Below are positions 1 to 9,598 of a stretch of 40,734 nucleotides of DNA, one piece after another (position 1 is the stretch's first letter; each line of letters begins with the position of its first letter). The notes under the pieces were generated by a model. It ran no database searches. It had not been told where the DNA came from and saw only the letters and a program-made list of their open reading frames with translations. The stretch lies in IMG/VR virus record IMGVR_UViG_2718217785_000001; one strand, given 5' to 3'. The position numbers were made by a program, and so were the translations under genes. This DNA is from a virus. Its lineage: Duplodnaviria; Heunggongvirae; Uroviricota; Caudoviricetes.

Positions 1-469
<469 letters not shown>

Positions 470-1873
470 TTGAGAATGCCGCGCACTGTAACACATAATC
501 CGGATAGCCCCAATAATGACGATGTTTTAGCCGCATCTGAAAAATGGGACGCCTGTAAACCCCCCTATACCAGCGCACACATGAAAATCTGTGTTGCTGC
601 CGCCAAAATCATCCTCGCTGCTTCCGGTGTGGCTCGCCGTTCCAAATACGAAAAAGAGAACTATCTCCGTATCGATTTCAGCAAAGCCGGTAAGGTTACA
701 TTTTACGCCGAGTTTCCAAAAAAGATGGGCCTCAAAGGTAAAAAGCTCGGCGAGTGGCCGGAGCTCGCTATCCAGCTGGCGCGCGAAAAAGCACTAGGTA
801 TGGCTGACGGTGGACTGCGGGCAGAGTCCGTACATGCAGCGCTGGAAATGTACCGGGATGACCTCAAAGCCAAAGTAGCCCGGCAGAAGCTGAGCCCGGA
901 CAGTTTCACAACCTACGGGGTGCGTATCGACCGGATTAAAGCAACGTTCGGCGAGCGCGAGGTGTTCAGCGACGTAACATACAGTCGGCTGGTGGAAGTG
1001 CTGGACGAGTGGATCGCCACTCGCTCGAACAATAACGCCCTGGAGTTGTTTGCCGAACTCCGTCGGTTCTGGAAGTTCTGCGCACCTACTCTTTGCAACG
1101 GCCGCAATGTTGCCGCCAGTTTGCCAGATGATTATGTTTCCTCCCGCGTACAGAAACCCACCCCCACACGGCTTTTTACCGATATTGAATCAATCGCCCG
1201 ACTCTGGCTCAATGTTGCTGCCTGCACCTCTGTACACCAGAAGAATGCTGTTCGCTTCATGATCATCACTGGCGTTCGTCCGATTAATGTCCATAACCTG
1301 CGCTGGGACTACGTTCACGAGGAGGCTGGTGAAATTGTTTATCCGGAAGGGGTTATCGGCATGCGAGGGGCTATGAAAACACAAAAGGCTTTCCGCCTGC
1401 CGATAACGCCTGAGATCCGGCGGATTATCGACGAGCAGAAAGCCTGGCGTGATTCAGTTCCTGAGTGCAACAGGGATTATGTATTTTTGCAGCCACGTGA
1501 TCCAATGCAGCCATTTTCAAAACGATCACTGGATAAGCTGGTGAAAACATACAGCCCGGACGGGGCTGTAAAAGGAATAAAACATGATGGGACTGTTAAA
1601 GGGAAAGACGGTGCATTTAATACGATGTGCCGTAAATTCCTTAAGAGCAATGTTATTGCCTTGATGAAGGAAAGAGGCTATTCCCGATCAGACCGAAGGG
1701 AAATCAGCCTCCTTTGCCTTCACCACTCCAGCAAGTCAGATGACCCGATGGCAGAACATTACGACTTTTCTGATGAGATTTTACAGGAAGAGATTGCGTT
1801 AAAGCGCGAAGCTTTCGAGGCTCACGAGCGGAGCATACTTGCGCAGGTGGCATTGCTACGGCGGCGAGGTTAA
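470..1873 (+). CDS. int: Phage integrase, tyrosine recombinase (start uncertain; alternative ATG at 581)
   Basis: 467 aa ORF at prophage edge; C-terminal region with conserved R, H-x-x-R and terminal Tyr context typical of tyrosine recombinases; lies next to host gene. Confidence 0.8.
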   Translation: MRMPRTVTHNPDSPNNDDVLAASEKWDACKPPYTSAHMKICVAAAKIILAASGVARRSKYEKENYLRIDFSKAGKVTFYAEFPKKMGLKGKKLGEWPELAIQLAREKALGMADGGLRAESVHAALEMYRDDLKAKVARQKLSPDSFTTYGVRIDRIKATFGEREVFSDVTYSRLVEVLDEWIATRSNNNALELFAELRRFWKFCAPTLCNGRNVAASLPDDYVSSRVQKPTPTRLFTDIESIARLWLNVAACTSVHQKNAVRFMIITGVRPINVHNLRWDYVHEEAGEIVYPEGVIGMRGAMKTQKAFRLPITPEIRRIIDEQKAWRDSVPECNRDYVFLQPRDPMQPFSKRSLDKLVKTYSPDGAVKGIKHDGTVKGKDGAFNTMCRKFLKSNVIALMKERGYSRSDRREISLLCLHHSSKSDDPMAEHYDFSDEILQEEIALKREAFEAHERSILAQVALLRRRG

Positions 1874-2070
1874 TACTGGCTGCGACATTTTTGAATAAAA
1901 GCGTCGACATTTCGGCGCTCATAACGAACTACTTTTGCACTGAAACGAATTGGTGCCAGGATAGCCCGATGACGATGCTTAATATTCCACTCACATAGCG
2001 TTTTCTGTGTAATACCTAACTTTTGGCATACTTCATCCGGGGTGAGTAAATCGTCGGGTTTCTCGCTCAT
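1870..2070 (-). CDS. Small HTH DNA-binding protein, excisionase-like or AlpA-like
   Basis: 66 aa, helix-turn-helix-like segment (LTPDEVCQKLGITQKTLCEW), immediately beside integrase. Confidence 0.55.
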   Translation of the reverse strand: MSEKPDDLLTPDEVCQKLGITQKTLCEWNIKHRHRAILAPIRFSAKVVRYERRNVDAFIQKCRSQY

Positions 2071-3461
2071 GCTATACCTCTCTTTTTCATGGCATCGAGC
2101 AGGATGTCCTGCACTGTTCGTTTTGAGTTGCGCCGCTCCATCACCATTTCGTCCATAGTGTCGGCAGCAATAATGTGGTGAATAAATACCGGACGATTGT
2201 GTCCGGCCTGTATCTGTCTGGTTGGGCCGATACGTTCAATAATTTGCTGATACTGCTCCAGGTCCCACCAATGTGAGAAAAATACCAGTATGTTTCCGCC
2301 GTCCTGCATGTTCAGACCGTGGCCCGCGCTGGCTGGGTGTGCAAAGAGAACAGGAATCTTTCCGGAATTCCAGTCACGTAGTGTCTGTGGATCCTGGTCG
2401 AGGTGACGACCGCGAGGAAATGCTTTAAGCAAGCGTTCAAGATCGTGTTTCCAGTGATAAGCAACCAGCACAGGTGCGCCAGCTGCTTCGGTCAGTATGC
2501 TGTCCAGCGCCTGTAGTTTGGTGTCATGCAGTTCTGACCAACTTCCGGTGTCATCTGTGTATACTGCGCCGCTGGCGATTTGCAGACACTTCAGTGTCTT
2601 TGCCGCGGCGTTTGGTGCTTCGATGCCTTCGCCATTCAGCTCGAGGAACATTTCCTTTTCCATTTCACGATACTGCTGACGGGCCTTCGGCGGCATATCC
2701 ACGCGGATTACGTTATGGATGGGGTCTTTGATATCGAACCAGTCGGTCGCATCCAGCGAGAGGGTCACATCGGCTAACGCTCGCTGTATTTCACCCTGTG
2801 AGTGAGCAAAAGGCTCCAGTTTGGTCCAGCTCTGCCCCGGAAACTGTATCGATTTGAACCAGCGTGAGGTAAACGCGCCGTAAGTGCGCCCGAGACGTTG
2901 CCCCAGGTCCACAAACCACGATTGTCCCCACAAATCTACCAGGCCGTTCGGTGCTGGCGTACCGGTGAGATTTATCCAGCGCCGGACATACTTGTGCGCC
3001 ACTTTGCCCAGCGCCGCCGCGCGCTTACCACCACCTCGCAGCCGGAAGGATTTTAGCCGGGTGCTTTCATCTGGAATGACAGTACCGAACGGCCATCGTT
3101 CTCCCAATTCCTCAACCAGCCAGACAAGGTTATCGTAGTTGATGGTGAACACGCTCGCGTTGTTGTTCGCCAACGCTGCAGAGCGCGCTTTGGCATTACC
3201 AACAATTGATTGTACCTCGATATTGCGCAAATGCCCCCACTTCAGTGCTTCATCCGGCCATGTGCTGGCAGCCACGCGCAGCGGCGCGAGAACCAGCGCA
3301 GGTTGTGTTTCTGCACCCGCCATGAAGAGGTCTTCCAGCGTAGTGAGTGTCGCTACGGTTTTACCCATTCCCATACCCGCCCAGATGTTGCCGCGCAGAA
3401 TGTTAGTTTGGTGATTGATTATGAGGTTTTGATAAATTCTGGGGTGGAATATGCTATTCAT
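2067..3461 (-). CDS. SNF2-family helicase/ATPase (phage replication module)
   Basis: Walker A GMGMGKT, DEST motif II, C-terminal helicase motif ERIGPTRQIQAG. Confidence 0.85.
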   Translation of the reverse strand: MNSIFHPRIYQNLIINHQTNILRGNIWAGMGMGKTVATLTTLEDLFMAGAETQPALVLAPLRVAASTWPDEALKWGHLRNIEVQSIVGNAKARSAALANNNASVFTINYDNLVWLVEELGERWPFGTVIPDESTRLKSFRLRGGGKRAAALGKVAHKYVRRWINLTGTPAPNGLVDLWGQSWFVDLGQRLGRTYGAFTSRWFKSIQFPGQSWTKLEPFAHSQGEIQRALADVTLSLDATDWFDIKDPIHNVIRVDMPPKARQQYREMEKEMFLELNGEGIEAPNAAAKTLKCLQIASGAVYTDDTGSWSELHDTKLQALDSILTEAAGAPVLVAYHWKHDLERLLKAFPRGRHLDQDPQTLRDWNSGKIPVLFAHPASAGHGLNMQDGGNILVFFSHWWDLEQYQQIIERIGPTRQIQAGHNRPVFIHHIIAADTMDEMVMERRNSKRTVQDILLDAMKKRGIA

Positions 3462-3534
3462 TAATACACCTATGGTAGAATATGGTCACTTCTCTCTCTC
3501 TATATATATATATATATAACTAACGGAGGCGGGT

Positions 3535-4332
3535 ATGCCCCTGGCGAAAATATTTACAAAGCAAGTTTCTTTATTAACTATGTTTTCAGCGTTAGCTTAT
3601 GCGATGGCATATTATTTTCAGAAAGGTGTCGCATCGTATTATGGCTATCCAGACCTTTTTATTAAAATAGACTTAAATACGCTATTGTATTCGGCTGTGT
3701 GGCTTTTGTTTTTTAGTTTTTTATTTCTCGGCGCCTTATATGCGGCGTTGATGTTTGATTTGAAAGGAAAATATTATGTTCCATTTATTGTATTTATAGT
3801 TGTTATGCTAATGGCTAATATTTGTATAATAGGATTTCATTGGCCTTTTGGTTATTTCTCCGAAACTTCTGTGATGAGTGTTCAGGATATTTTATTATTT
3901 GCTATGCTTTTGTTGAATTATCACAATGTGGTGTCTATGCCAATCCATAGTAAGAGACACGAACATCATATGGAGAGCATTAGAAAATTTGGGAGGCTTG
4001 CAGAGTATAAGAACGTATTTTATTATATCGATTTAAAAATCCTAAAGTCAGCTTTTCCTTTAGGGGTGATAACGTTGTTGATATTGAGCTATACATTCGG
4101 GAAGGTTACTGCATTTAAAAATAACGAATATTATATGGTAGATGGTAGTAATACTAAAGTGTTGCTCAATTCATTTGGTAGTGGTTTTGTTGTTGGTGAT
4201 TGTGAGTCAAATAGCGCAAAATTTGAATTTGTTAATGATTTAAAAGGGATGAGATTCACAATTATGTCCTCTAAAAAGGAAATAGCTAAATTAAAAGAGT
4301 GTTTCGAAATACGTGTTAAAAATACGGATTAA
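3535..4332 (+). CDS. Low-GC moron encoding integral membrane protein (about 4 N-terminal TM helices plus C-terminal soluble domain), unknown function
   Basis: 265 aa ORF, strongly AT-rich codon usage, opposite strand to flanking replication genes, RBS GGAGG at 3525-3529, hydrophobic N-terminal segments. Confidence 0.6.
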   Translation: MPLAKIFTKQVSLLTMFSALAYAMAYYFQKGVASYYGYPDLFIKIDLNTLLYSAVWLLFFSFLFLGALYAALMFDLKGKYYVPFIVFIVVMLMANICIIGFHWPFGYFSETSVMSVQDILLFAMLLLNYHNVVSMPIHSKRHEHHMESIRKFGRLAEYKNVFYYIDLKILKSAFPLGVITLLILSYTFGKVTAFKNNEYYMVDGSNTKVLLNSFGSGFVVGDCESNSAKFEFVNDLKGMRFTIMSSKKEIAKLKECFEIRVKNTD

Positions 4333-4344
4333 AGCATAAGTCTT

Positions 4345-4632
4345 TTATCCTTTATTGCGGCTTAAAATAATGGCTTCCAGATTTTTGCTATCCAGCACCA
4401 CTACGGTAAAGCCCAGCGCGCGCAACCGTCCGTGTTCGCGCAACTGGTCAGGCCGTGGTGGCTTGCCGGGGGATTTACATTCAACGAAAATGATACGACC
4501 GCCGGGTAGCAGAACAATGCGATCTGGTACCGAGCGGCGACCGGGGGATACGAACTTAAAGGCAACCCCGCCAGCCTTTTTTACTTCAGCGACGAGGTGC
4601 TTTTCGATTAGGTTTTCACGTTCATAGGCCAT
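4345..4632 (-). CDS. VRR-NUC domain nuclease
   Basis: 95 aa with PD-(D/E)xK-like D...ECK motif (PDRIVLL...IIFVECKSPG) typical of VRR-NUC. Confidence 0.75.
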   Translation of the reverse strand: MAYERENLIEKHLVAEVKKAGGVAFKFVSPGRRSVPDRIVLLPGGRIIFVECKSPGKPPRPDQLREHGRLRALGFTVVVLDSKNLEAIILSRNKG

Positions 4633-4826
4633 TAGCTTTCGCCTTCCTGCTTTTTGCGTTTCTTCATGCAGATAGCGCAGTTCTCAGGATGGTCATGCCA
4701 TTCATCAATCCTGATACCTATGAACATCCATTTTCCGCATAGTGATATGGCTTCCCCCGAATTAAAGAAATGTGCTTTTTTTGACAGAGCGGGGAACCCC
4801 CAACCCTTATTATCGATATTAGACAT
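4632..4826 (-). CDS. Small Cys/His-containing hypothetical protein
   Basis: 64 aa ORF tightly coupled to the VRR-NUC gene; contains C-x12-H-x-H-x3-C-x2-C pattern; no family recognised. Confidence 0.4.
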   Translation of the reverse strand: MSNIDNKGWGFPALSKKAHFFNSGEAISLCGKWMFIGIRIDEWHDHPENCAICMKKRKKQEGES

Positions 4827-4862
4827 CGTCCACCTCCTTACGCTTTTCGCGCATGTTCTGCA

Positions 4863-4997
4863 TCAGACAAAAATCAAACCGACGTTCGCTTTGGCCCAGA
4901 CCTGCATCGCCCGGTCGTACCCGCCGGACTGTTCAAGGTGCAAAGCCTCCCGCACAGTCCGGTAATAAAGCGGACTGTCCCGGTATTTAAATGACAT
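4863..4997 (-). CDS. Possible 44 aa small ORF (MSFKYRDSPLYYRTVREALHLEQSGGYDRAMQVWAKANVGLIFV), unknown function
   Basis: ATG-initiated ORF in otherwise noncoding gap, found by manual translation; below the ORF-track length cutoff. Confidence 0.25.
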   Translation of the reverse strand: MSFKYRDSPLYYRTVREALHLEQSGGYDRAMQVWAKANVGLIFV

Positions 4998-5011
4998 AGG
5001 GTTTTTATTCC

Positions 5012-5038
5012 CAAATAAAAAACCCCGCGATGCAGGGT
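5012..5038 (-). terminator. Intrinsic terminator downstream of the TIR-like gene
   Basis: Minus-strand hairpin CCCTGC-ATC-GCGGGG followed by TTTTTTATTT. Confidence 0.5.
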
Positions 5039-5060
5039 TGTAATCAACAATAAGGGGTAA

Positions 5061-5822
5061 TTACGAGGAAGCGTTAGCTATTTGAGCTTGTGTAAATTCG
5101 AAACCAGAATTTTGTAACCGTTGCACTAGACGAGGAACTGTTTCACGTACATGGTCGTTGAAATTCAGATACAAAATCCCGTTAGCATCAGAAGGCTGTT
5201 CTAGGTGCTGTTTCTGAAGGATTGCTACATTGCTGCGCCCTAAGGACGAAAGAAGCATACCCATCTCGAGTACAACGTTCTGTCTTGCGCGGGGTTGGAT
5301 TTCTGCTTCACCGGCGCGCTTTGAGTATCCCATATCATCAGGTGTCAAAAGAACAATCCCGAAACGGGTAGCAGTTTGTCCTTGCCCAATTTCACGTTCA
5401 AGCTCTTCAATAATGGTGAGTCCAGTCCCTCCCGTATTCTGCAAAATGAAATGGTCTGGTAATCCAAGTTTATGAAGGATTAGCTCAAGTTGCTCCTTTG
5501 CAGTATGGTCATGGCCGTGAACAATGAATATCTTTTTGGGGAGCTCAGATGGCTGTTCTACGGCTAGTGGTGTTGCCGTGGGCGGCGTTCCTAAATGGGT
5601 CATTATTGCAGTTTCAACATTGGGACGTTCTTGAGGGTTACCTTGAAACTGAATGGTCCGGGTGGTGTAAAGGTTAACAATTACGCCATTCGTTAAACGA
5701 TAGCAGTCACAAGTCTCACGCTGTTCGTGGGAAAAATTGGTGAACCCACACTCCCCCAAAAAGTCAGGAAAAGATTCTCTCGGGTATGGATAGGTGATCG
5801 GCATTTCAGTTAGTTCCTGCAT
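5061..5822 (-). CDS. Protein with C-terminal TIR-like (COG4271-type) nucleotide-binding domain and unassigned N-terminal domain; candidate defence or abortive-infection effector
   Basis: 253 aa; C-terminal motifs KIFIVHGHD, VLLTPDD, RARQNVVLEMG resemble TIR-like/SLOG-type domains from memory; GC lower than flanking pol gene; own terminator. Confidence 0.5.
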   Translation of the reverse strand: MQELTEMPITYPYPRESFPDFLGECGFTNFSHEQRETCDCYRLTNGVIVNLYTTRTIQFQGNPQERPNVETAIMTHLGTPPTATPLAVEQPSELPKKIFIVHGHDHTAKEQLELILHKLGLPDHFILQNTGGTGLTIIEELEREIGQGQTATRFGIVLLTPDDMGYSKRAGEAEIQPRARQNVVLEMGMLLSSLGRSNVAILQKQHLEQPSDANGILYLNFNDHVRETVPRLVQRLQNSGFEFTQAQIANASS

Positions 5823-5886
5823 AAGTATTGTTCCTTTAATTTACTCGAATTCAGCATGTCGCCATAGCTCGATAAGGTGAGTTATA

Positions 5887-7950
5887 TCAATCTTTTTTGT
5901 AGTGGTACGCCTCAAAACCGCCAGCGTTCAGTGGGATATCGGGCGCCCATTCGGGGTCAGTGGAGAGAAGCGCGGAAAGCGCTTTATCGTTGAAATCTTC
6001 TGTGTCAGGTGCTTCGGTGATCACCTCGTCGTGTACCGTCAGCACAATGCTGTAACCGGCATCTTCGATAAGCGGCATGTTTCCGGCCAGAATGTCGCGG
6101 GCGGCCGCCTGGGTGATGTTCTCCACCAGCTTTCCGCCGTAGGTTTTGAGTCGTTGCCATTTACGCGAATAAGAGTTAACCCCCATGTAGGTGATATTCC
6201 CTTTTTCGATAACCGGAGACGGGTAGCATACAGCGCGTCCTGATGGTAGCTGTATGCGCAGCCACGCGCCATCGCGGCGGATTTTAAGATAACCGCAATA
6301 CAATGTTTTTTGCGGTGTGGCGATTGCAGTGCGGACGGTGCGCTCCAGTTCGTACCAGAAATCACAGGTCGCGGGATGCGCCCGGCGCCAGAGACGTTTA
6401 AGTGAGTCGCAGGCGATAAATACCCGTTCAGAAAGCCCGTAGGTTGACTTGCGTTTAACCGATTCGTCGTACCAGCTTTTCGCCTCGTGGATAACATCGC
6501 GGGGAATGTTTGGTAGTGCGGCGTTCGCCAGCTCGTCGAGATCGAGACCGTAAACCAGTGCAAAAGTGATGAAGGCCGACACACCACCACCATAACCCAG
6601 ACCGAGTTCCATGACTTTACCGATCTGACGCATGTGTTTATCAACATCATCTGGTGCAATATCGAAAGCTTTTGCATACGCCAGTTTATATAAGTCCGGA
6701 CCCGTTCCGGCGTCGTACTCTCTGAATGCATTCAGTTTCCATTCTTCTCCCGCCAGCCATGCCAGCATACGGCCTTCAATGTTCGACAAGTCACTTACCA
6801 CCAGCTTTTTGCCTGTTGGCGCGATAATGCAGCCACGTAACGCTGAACTGGTTAGTTCCATGATATTGTCAAACAGCAGGTCTGCACATCCGGCTTTCAG
6901 TGCTTCGATGCCTTCGTCTATTTGTTCCTGTTTTAGTGAAGGGCGGGGAAGGTTCTGGGGCTGGAATAGCCGTCCGGCCCAACGACCGGTACGTGACGCC
7001 CCGCAGAACTGTAGCGTACCGCGTAAGCGCCCGTCGTGGCTTACGCCTTTCATCAGTGCCTTGTATTTACTGGTGCTGGTAGTACTGGCCTGCAGGCGGA
7101 TAGCCAGCAGTTCTTTCACGGCAGATGGTAAATCGGGGTCGGCAATACGACGTTCCAGAGTACTGCGTTGCATGTCTGGTAGCTCCACACCGTAGGATTC
7201 AACAATGTGCTTAATCAACGCGTCTCGTTGTGTGGCTGCCTGCACTTCGCCATCAGTCATTTCCTGTGTACGCTTTGCCAGGCGCTTTTGTTCCTGGTCT
7301 ACCGCGTCGATCGCAGCGCGTGCGAGTTCCACGTCCATGCAGACGCCCCGGTCATTGATCTGCTGATCACGATGCCAGAGCGTCAGTTCTGTCCCCTGAT
7401 AATTCCACTTCGGCAGACGTTTATAGACTTCGCGCATTGCCTCGATATCCAGTCCGGCGTAAGCAACAAAGCGCCGCCATTCTTCCGGGTGGGTTTTGCT
7501 GGTGGCACGGCGCAGTTTGCTGTTTTTCGGGCGGGGCTTACAGAACAGCTGGATCAGCGCTTTACCTTCTTTGTCCTTCGCTTTGTCTTGCGGGACGCCT
7601 AGTACTTCGCAGAGTTCCCCCAGAGACCCCGGGAGACCGTGCGCCAGCGCCTGCACCATTGTGTCGCGCCAACGTTCGACTGGCGGTGCCAGGCGCGGCA
7701 TTGCATAACGCAGGACGGTGCGGTCGAAGTGAGAGTTATGGAAATAAAGCAGGGTTTCAGGGTCTGCGATTGCTTCGTATAAGCCGTGTGGAATACCACC
7801 ACCGGCAGTGATATCCCACACGTTTACGGGCCCGTCGTTGATAGCCCATGCGAACAGCATCACTTCAACGCCTTCGGCATACGCATGGGTACCGTTCGTA
7901 ATAGGGATTTCGCAATAGGTTTCTAGGTCACCCCATAGTATATTGGACAT
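5887..7950 (-). CDS. Family A DNA polymerase with 3'-5' exonuclease domain
   Basis: 687 aa; exo motif GDLETY, pol motif [17 protein letters not shown], motif [17 protein letters not shown], motif C VHDEV. Confidence 0.9.
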   Translation of the reverse strand: MSNILWGDLETYCEIPITNGTHAYAEGVEVMLFAWAINDGPVNVWDITAGGGIPHGLYEAIADPETLLYFHNSHFDRTVLRYAMPRLAPPVERWRDTMVQALAHGLPGSLGELCEVLGVPQDKAKDKEGKALIQLFCKPRPKNSKLRRATSKTHPEEWRRFVAYAGLDIEAMREVYKRLPKWNYQGTELTLWHRDQQINDRGVCMDVELARAAIDAVDQEQKRLAKRTQEMTDGEVQAATQRDALIKHIVESYGVELPDMQRSTLERRIADPDLPSAVKELLAIRLQASTTSTSKYKALMKGVSHDGRLRGTLQFCGASRTGRWAGRLFQPQNLPRPSLKQEQIDEGIEALKAGCADLLFDNIMELTSSALRGCIIAPTGKKLVVSDLSNIEGRMLAWLAGEEWKLNAFREYDAGTGPDLYKLAYAKAFDIAPDDVDKHMRQIGKVMELGLGYGGGVSAFITFALVYGLDLDELANAALPNIPRDVIHEAKSWYDESVKRKSTYGLSERVFIACDSLKRLWRRAHPATCDFWYELERTVRTAIATPQKTLYCGYLKIRRDGAWLRIQLPSGRAVCYPSPVIEKGNITYMGVNSYSRKWQRLKTYGGKLVENITQAAARDILAGNMPLIEDAGYSIVLTVHDEVITEAPDTEDFNDKALSALLSTDPEWAPDIPLNAGGFEAYHYKKD

Positions 7951-8006
7951 AAAATAACCTTGTGTGATATATGGTTATGTAGGCGTAAATAAACAAGGAG
8001 ACGGCG

Positions 8007-8276
8007 GTGTTTAGCTTTGGTATCGGAATACTTTCATTGATAGGTATTATTGCTTTCCCCATTCTTTATATTTTAGGGAGAATAGTTCGGGCTGGTGGCG
8101 CATGGCTCGAACGTGAAGAAGGTCCTAAGGATCGTGTTCTTCCCAAAATTATAATTTTTGCGCTTATTGGGTTCTTTCTTGGGTGTTTGGCTCAGCCTGT
8201 ATGGGACAGCATTTCGGCATGTAGAGACTATGGCAATCCAATAGGGAAATGTCTTTTTAAATTCAATGAATTTTAA
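8007..8276 (+). CDS. Low-GC moron encoding small membrane protein (2 TM), GTG start
   Basis: 89 aa, GTG start with RBS AAGGAG at 7995-8000, opposite strand to replication genes, AT-rich, hydrophobic segments. Confidence 0.5.
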   Translation: MFSFGIGILSLIGIIAFPILYILGRIVRAGGAWLEREEGPKDRVLPKIIIFALIGFFLGCLAQPVWDSISACRDYGNPIGKCLFKFNEF

Positions 8277-8343
8277 TTTTTAGTATTGCGGTAGGCTGGT
8301 TTGGATAACTATTTTCTTAAGCCAGCCTTTGTTATAAGAAATA

Positions 8344-8982
8344 TTAAGCATCTACCCCTTCGTCAGAAGGGAGGCCGATCATTTCGTTGAGAGTTTCGCG
8401 TCGTATAGCTGGCGGAAGCGGAGCAGATGGTGCATCGGCTGGCAGAAGTTCTTTAGCTTCAGGCCACTCTTCCAGCAGGCGCTTAACTGTGCGCACTTTA
8501 CTGAGTGCAGCGCTGACATTCTGTCGAATGTCTGACTCATCGCTCTGTATCTGCTCATAAAGTGCATCAAACCCGTAAAACTCTGTAACTAGAGGGTCAT
8601 TTGCCAGAAGGGTAAATTCCCCCGGCGCGATTTTGTGAATATGGTCTGGTGACCCTGATTCATATCCTCGATAGTTACCGTTGAAATAGACGGTAACCCG
8701 AGAACCTGCCAGATTCAGACACATGTAACACTCTTTCCTGATAATATTATTGGCGGTTTTTAATGCTTCGGGGAATTTTGATACCAGTGTTTCTATTTTT
8801 TTTATAATTTTTAATATTTCAGCTTCTTTCTCTACGCCCCCGATAGCTGCAAGCCGAACACGTTCGGCCCATTCAACACGAGCAGCTCGTAGTGCTGATT
8901 TACGTTTGGGGATACCCGCTTTCTCAAGTGCGTTATTGATGATTTGAGTTTTAAGGTGATTAGTTAATACGGGCTGTGACAT
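8344..8982 (-). CDS. Hypothetical phage protein (replication module); ORF could start 15 nt upstream at 8997
   Basis: ORF with RBS GAGGGAAAG ahead of internal ATG (MSQPVL); no family recognised. Confidence 0.55.
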   Translation of the reverse strand: MSQPVLTNHLKTQIINNALEKAGIPKRKSALRAARVEWAERVRLAAIGGVEKEAEILKIIKKIETLVSKFPEALKTANNIIRKECYMCLNLAGSRVTVYFNGNYRGYESGSPDHIHKIAPGEFTLLANDPLVTEFYGFDALYEQIQSDESDIRQNVSAALSKVRTVKRLLEEWPEAKELLPADAPSAPLPPAIRRETLNEMIGLPSDEGVDA

Positions 8983-9034
8983 TATTCTTTCCCTCATGAG
9001 ATACCCCCAGCACGTAGCTGGGGGATGAATATTT

Positions 9035-9583
9035 TTAAATTAGTGCTTCAGCATCAGCACCTTCGCTGATATCGTCGAAATCGTCAGCGCTTGCCACTCC
9101 GCCGCCAGCGAATGCATCGCCGTCTCGCAGGAACTGGACTCCGCCGAGTGAGGCATTAATGCGTTTACCGAAATTATTGTCCTGTGCCCAGATATCGATA
9201 ACGGCGTTTACATAGCACCCTGCATAGGGACGTCCGTCAGCCTGAATAAGTGGCGAACGATCGCGATCAAGAACAGCTGGGCGCGCTTTGTTAGCAGCAT
9301 TCAGGAAGAAATTACCGGGGAAGCCTTCATACTCTGCTTTTTCATCACCATCATGCAGGCACAGATTGAGTTTTTTCTCCAGCTGGTTATAAATGGGCTC
9401 CCACTTCTCTCCCCATTTTTCCTTCGCTACCTGCTTCATAGCTTTACGGATTTCTTCCAGTTGTGGGTGTTTGGGTGACATTAAAAATACTGCGGAGAAA
9501 CGTGGATCGCCTTCGCCGTTTACAGTTTTAGCTTCAAACAGAGACGGGAAGGCCAGACGAACATTGTTCAGCTTCAGTTTCAT
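9035..9583 (-). CDS. DUF2815-like phage protein (putative ssDNA-binding)
   Basis: 182 aa, N-terminal MKLKLNNVRLAFP and acidic C-terminal tail typical of DUF2815 proteins that accompany Pol A in this module type. Confidence 0.65.
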   Translation of the reverse strand: MKLKLNNVRLAFPSLFEAKTVNGEGDPRFSAVFLMSPKHPQLEEIRKAMKQVAKEKWGEKWEPIYNQLEKKLNLCLHDGDEKAEYEGFPGNFFLNAANKARPAVLDRDRSPLIQADGRPYAGCYVNAVIDIWAQDNNFGKRINASLGGVQFLRDGDAFAGGGVASADDFDDISEGADAEALI

Positions 9584-9598
9584 GGGTATTTCCTTAAA

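Noticed and set aside
470-580. Upstream ATG at 470 as the true integrase start
   Set aside because: Not rejected outright, but the first 37 codons are unusual for integrase N-termini and an ATG at 581 is an alternative; kept the long ORF with a caveat
5061-5822. TIR-like gene as part of a canonical Thoeris, CBASS or Pycsar operon
   Set aside because: No SIR2/ThsA-like gene, no CD-NTase or cyclase and no SAVED-domain gene is present nearby; neighbours are replication genes, so only a standalone role can be proposed
6039-6731. 230 aa ORF antisense to and embedded in the DNA polymerase gene, with similar embedded ORFs at 14369..15046, 22006..22581, 26486..27076 and 32722..33219
   Set aside because: All lie entirely within strongly supported genes, lack RBS and recognisable motifs, and show the codon bias of the opposite strand; treated as shadow ORFs
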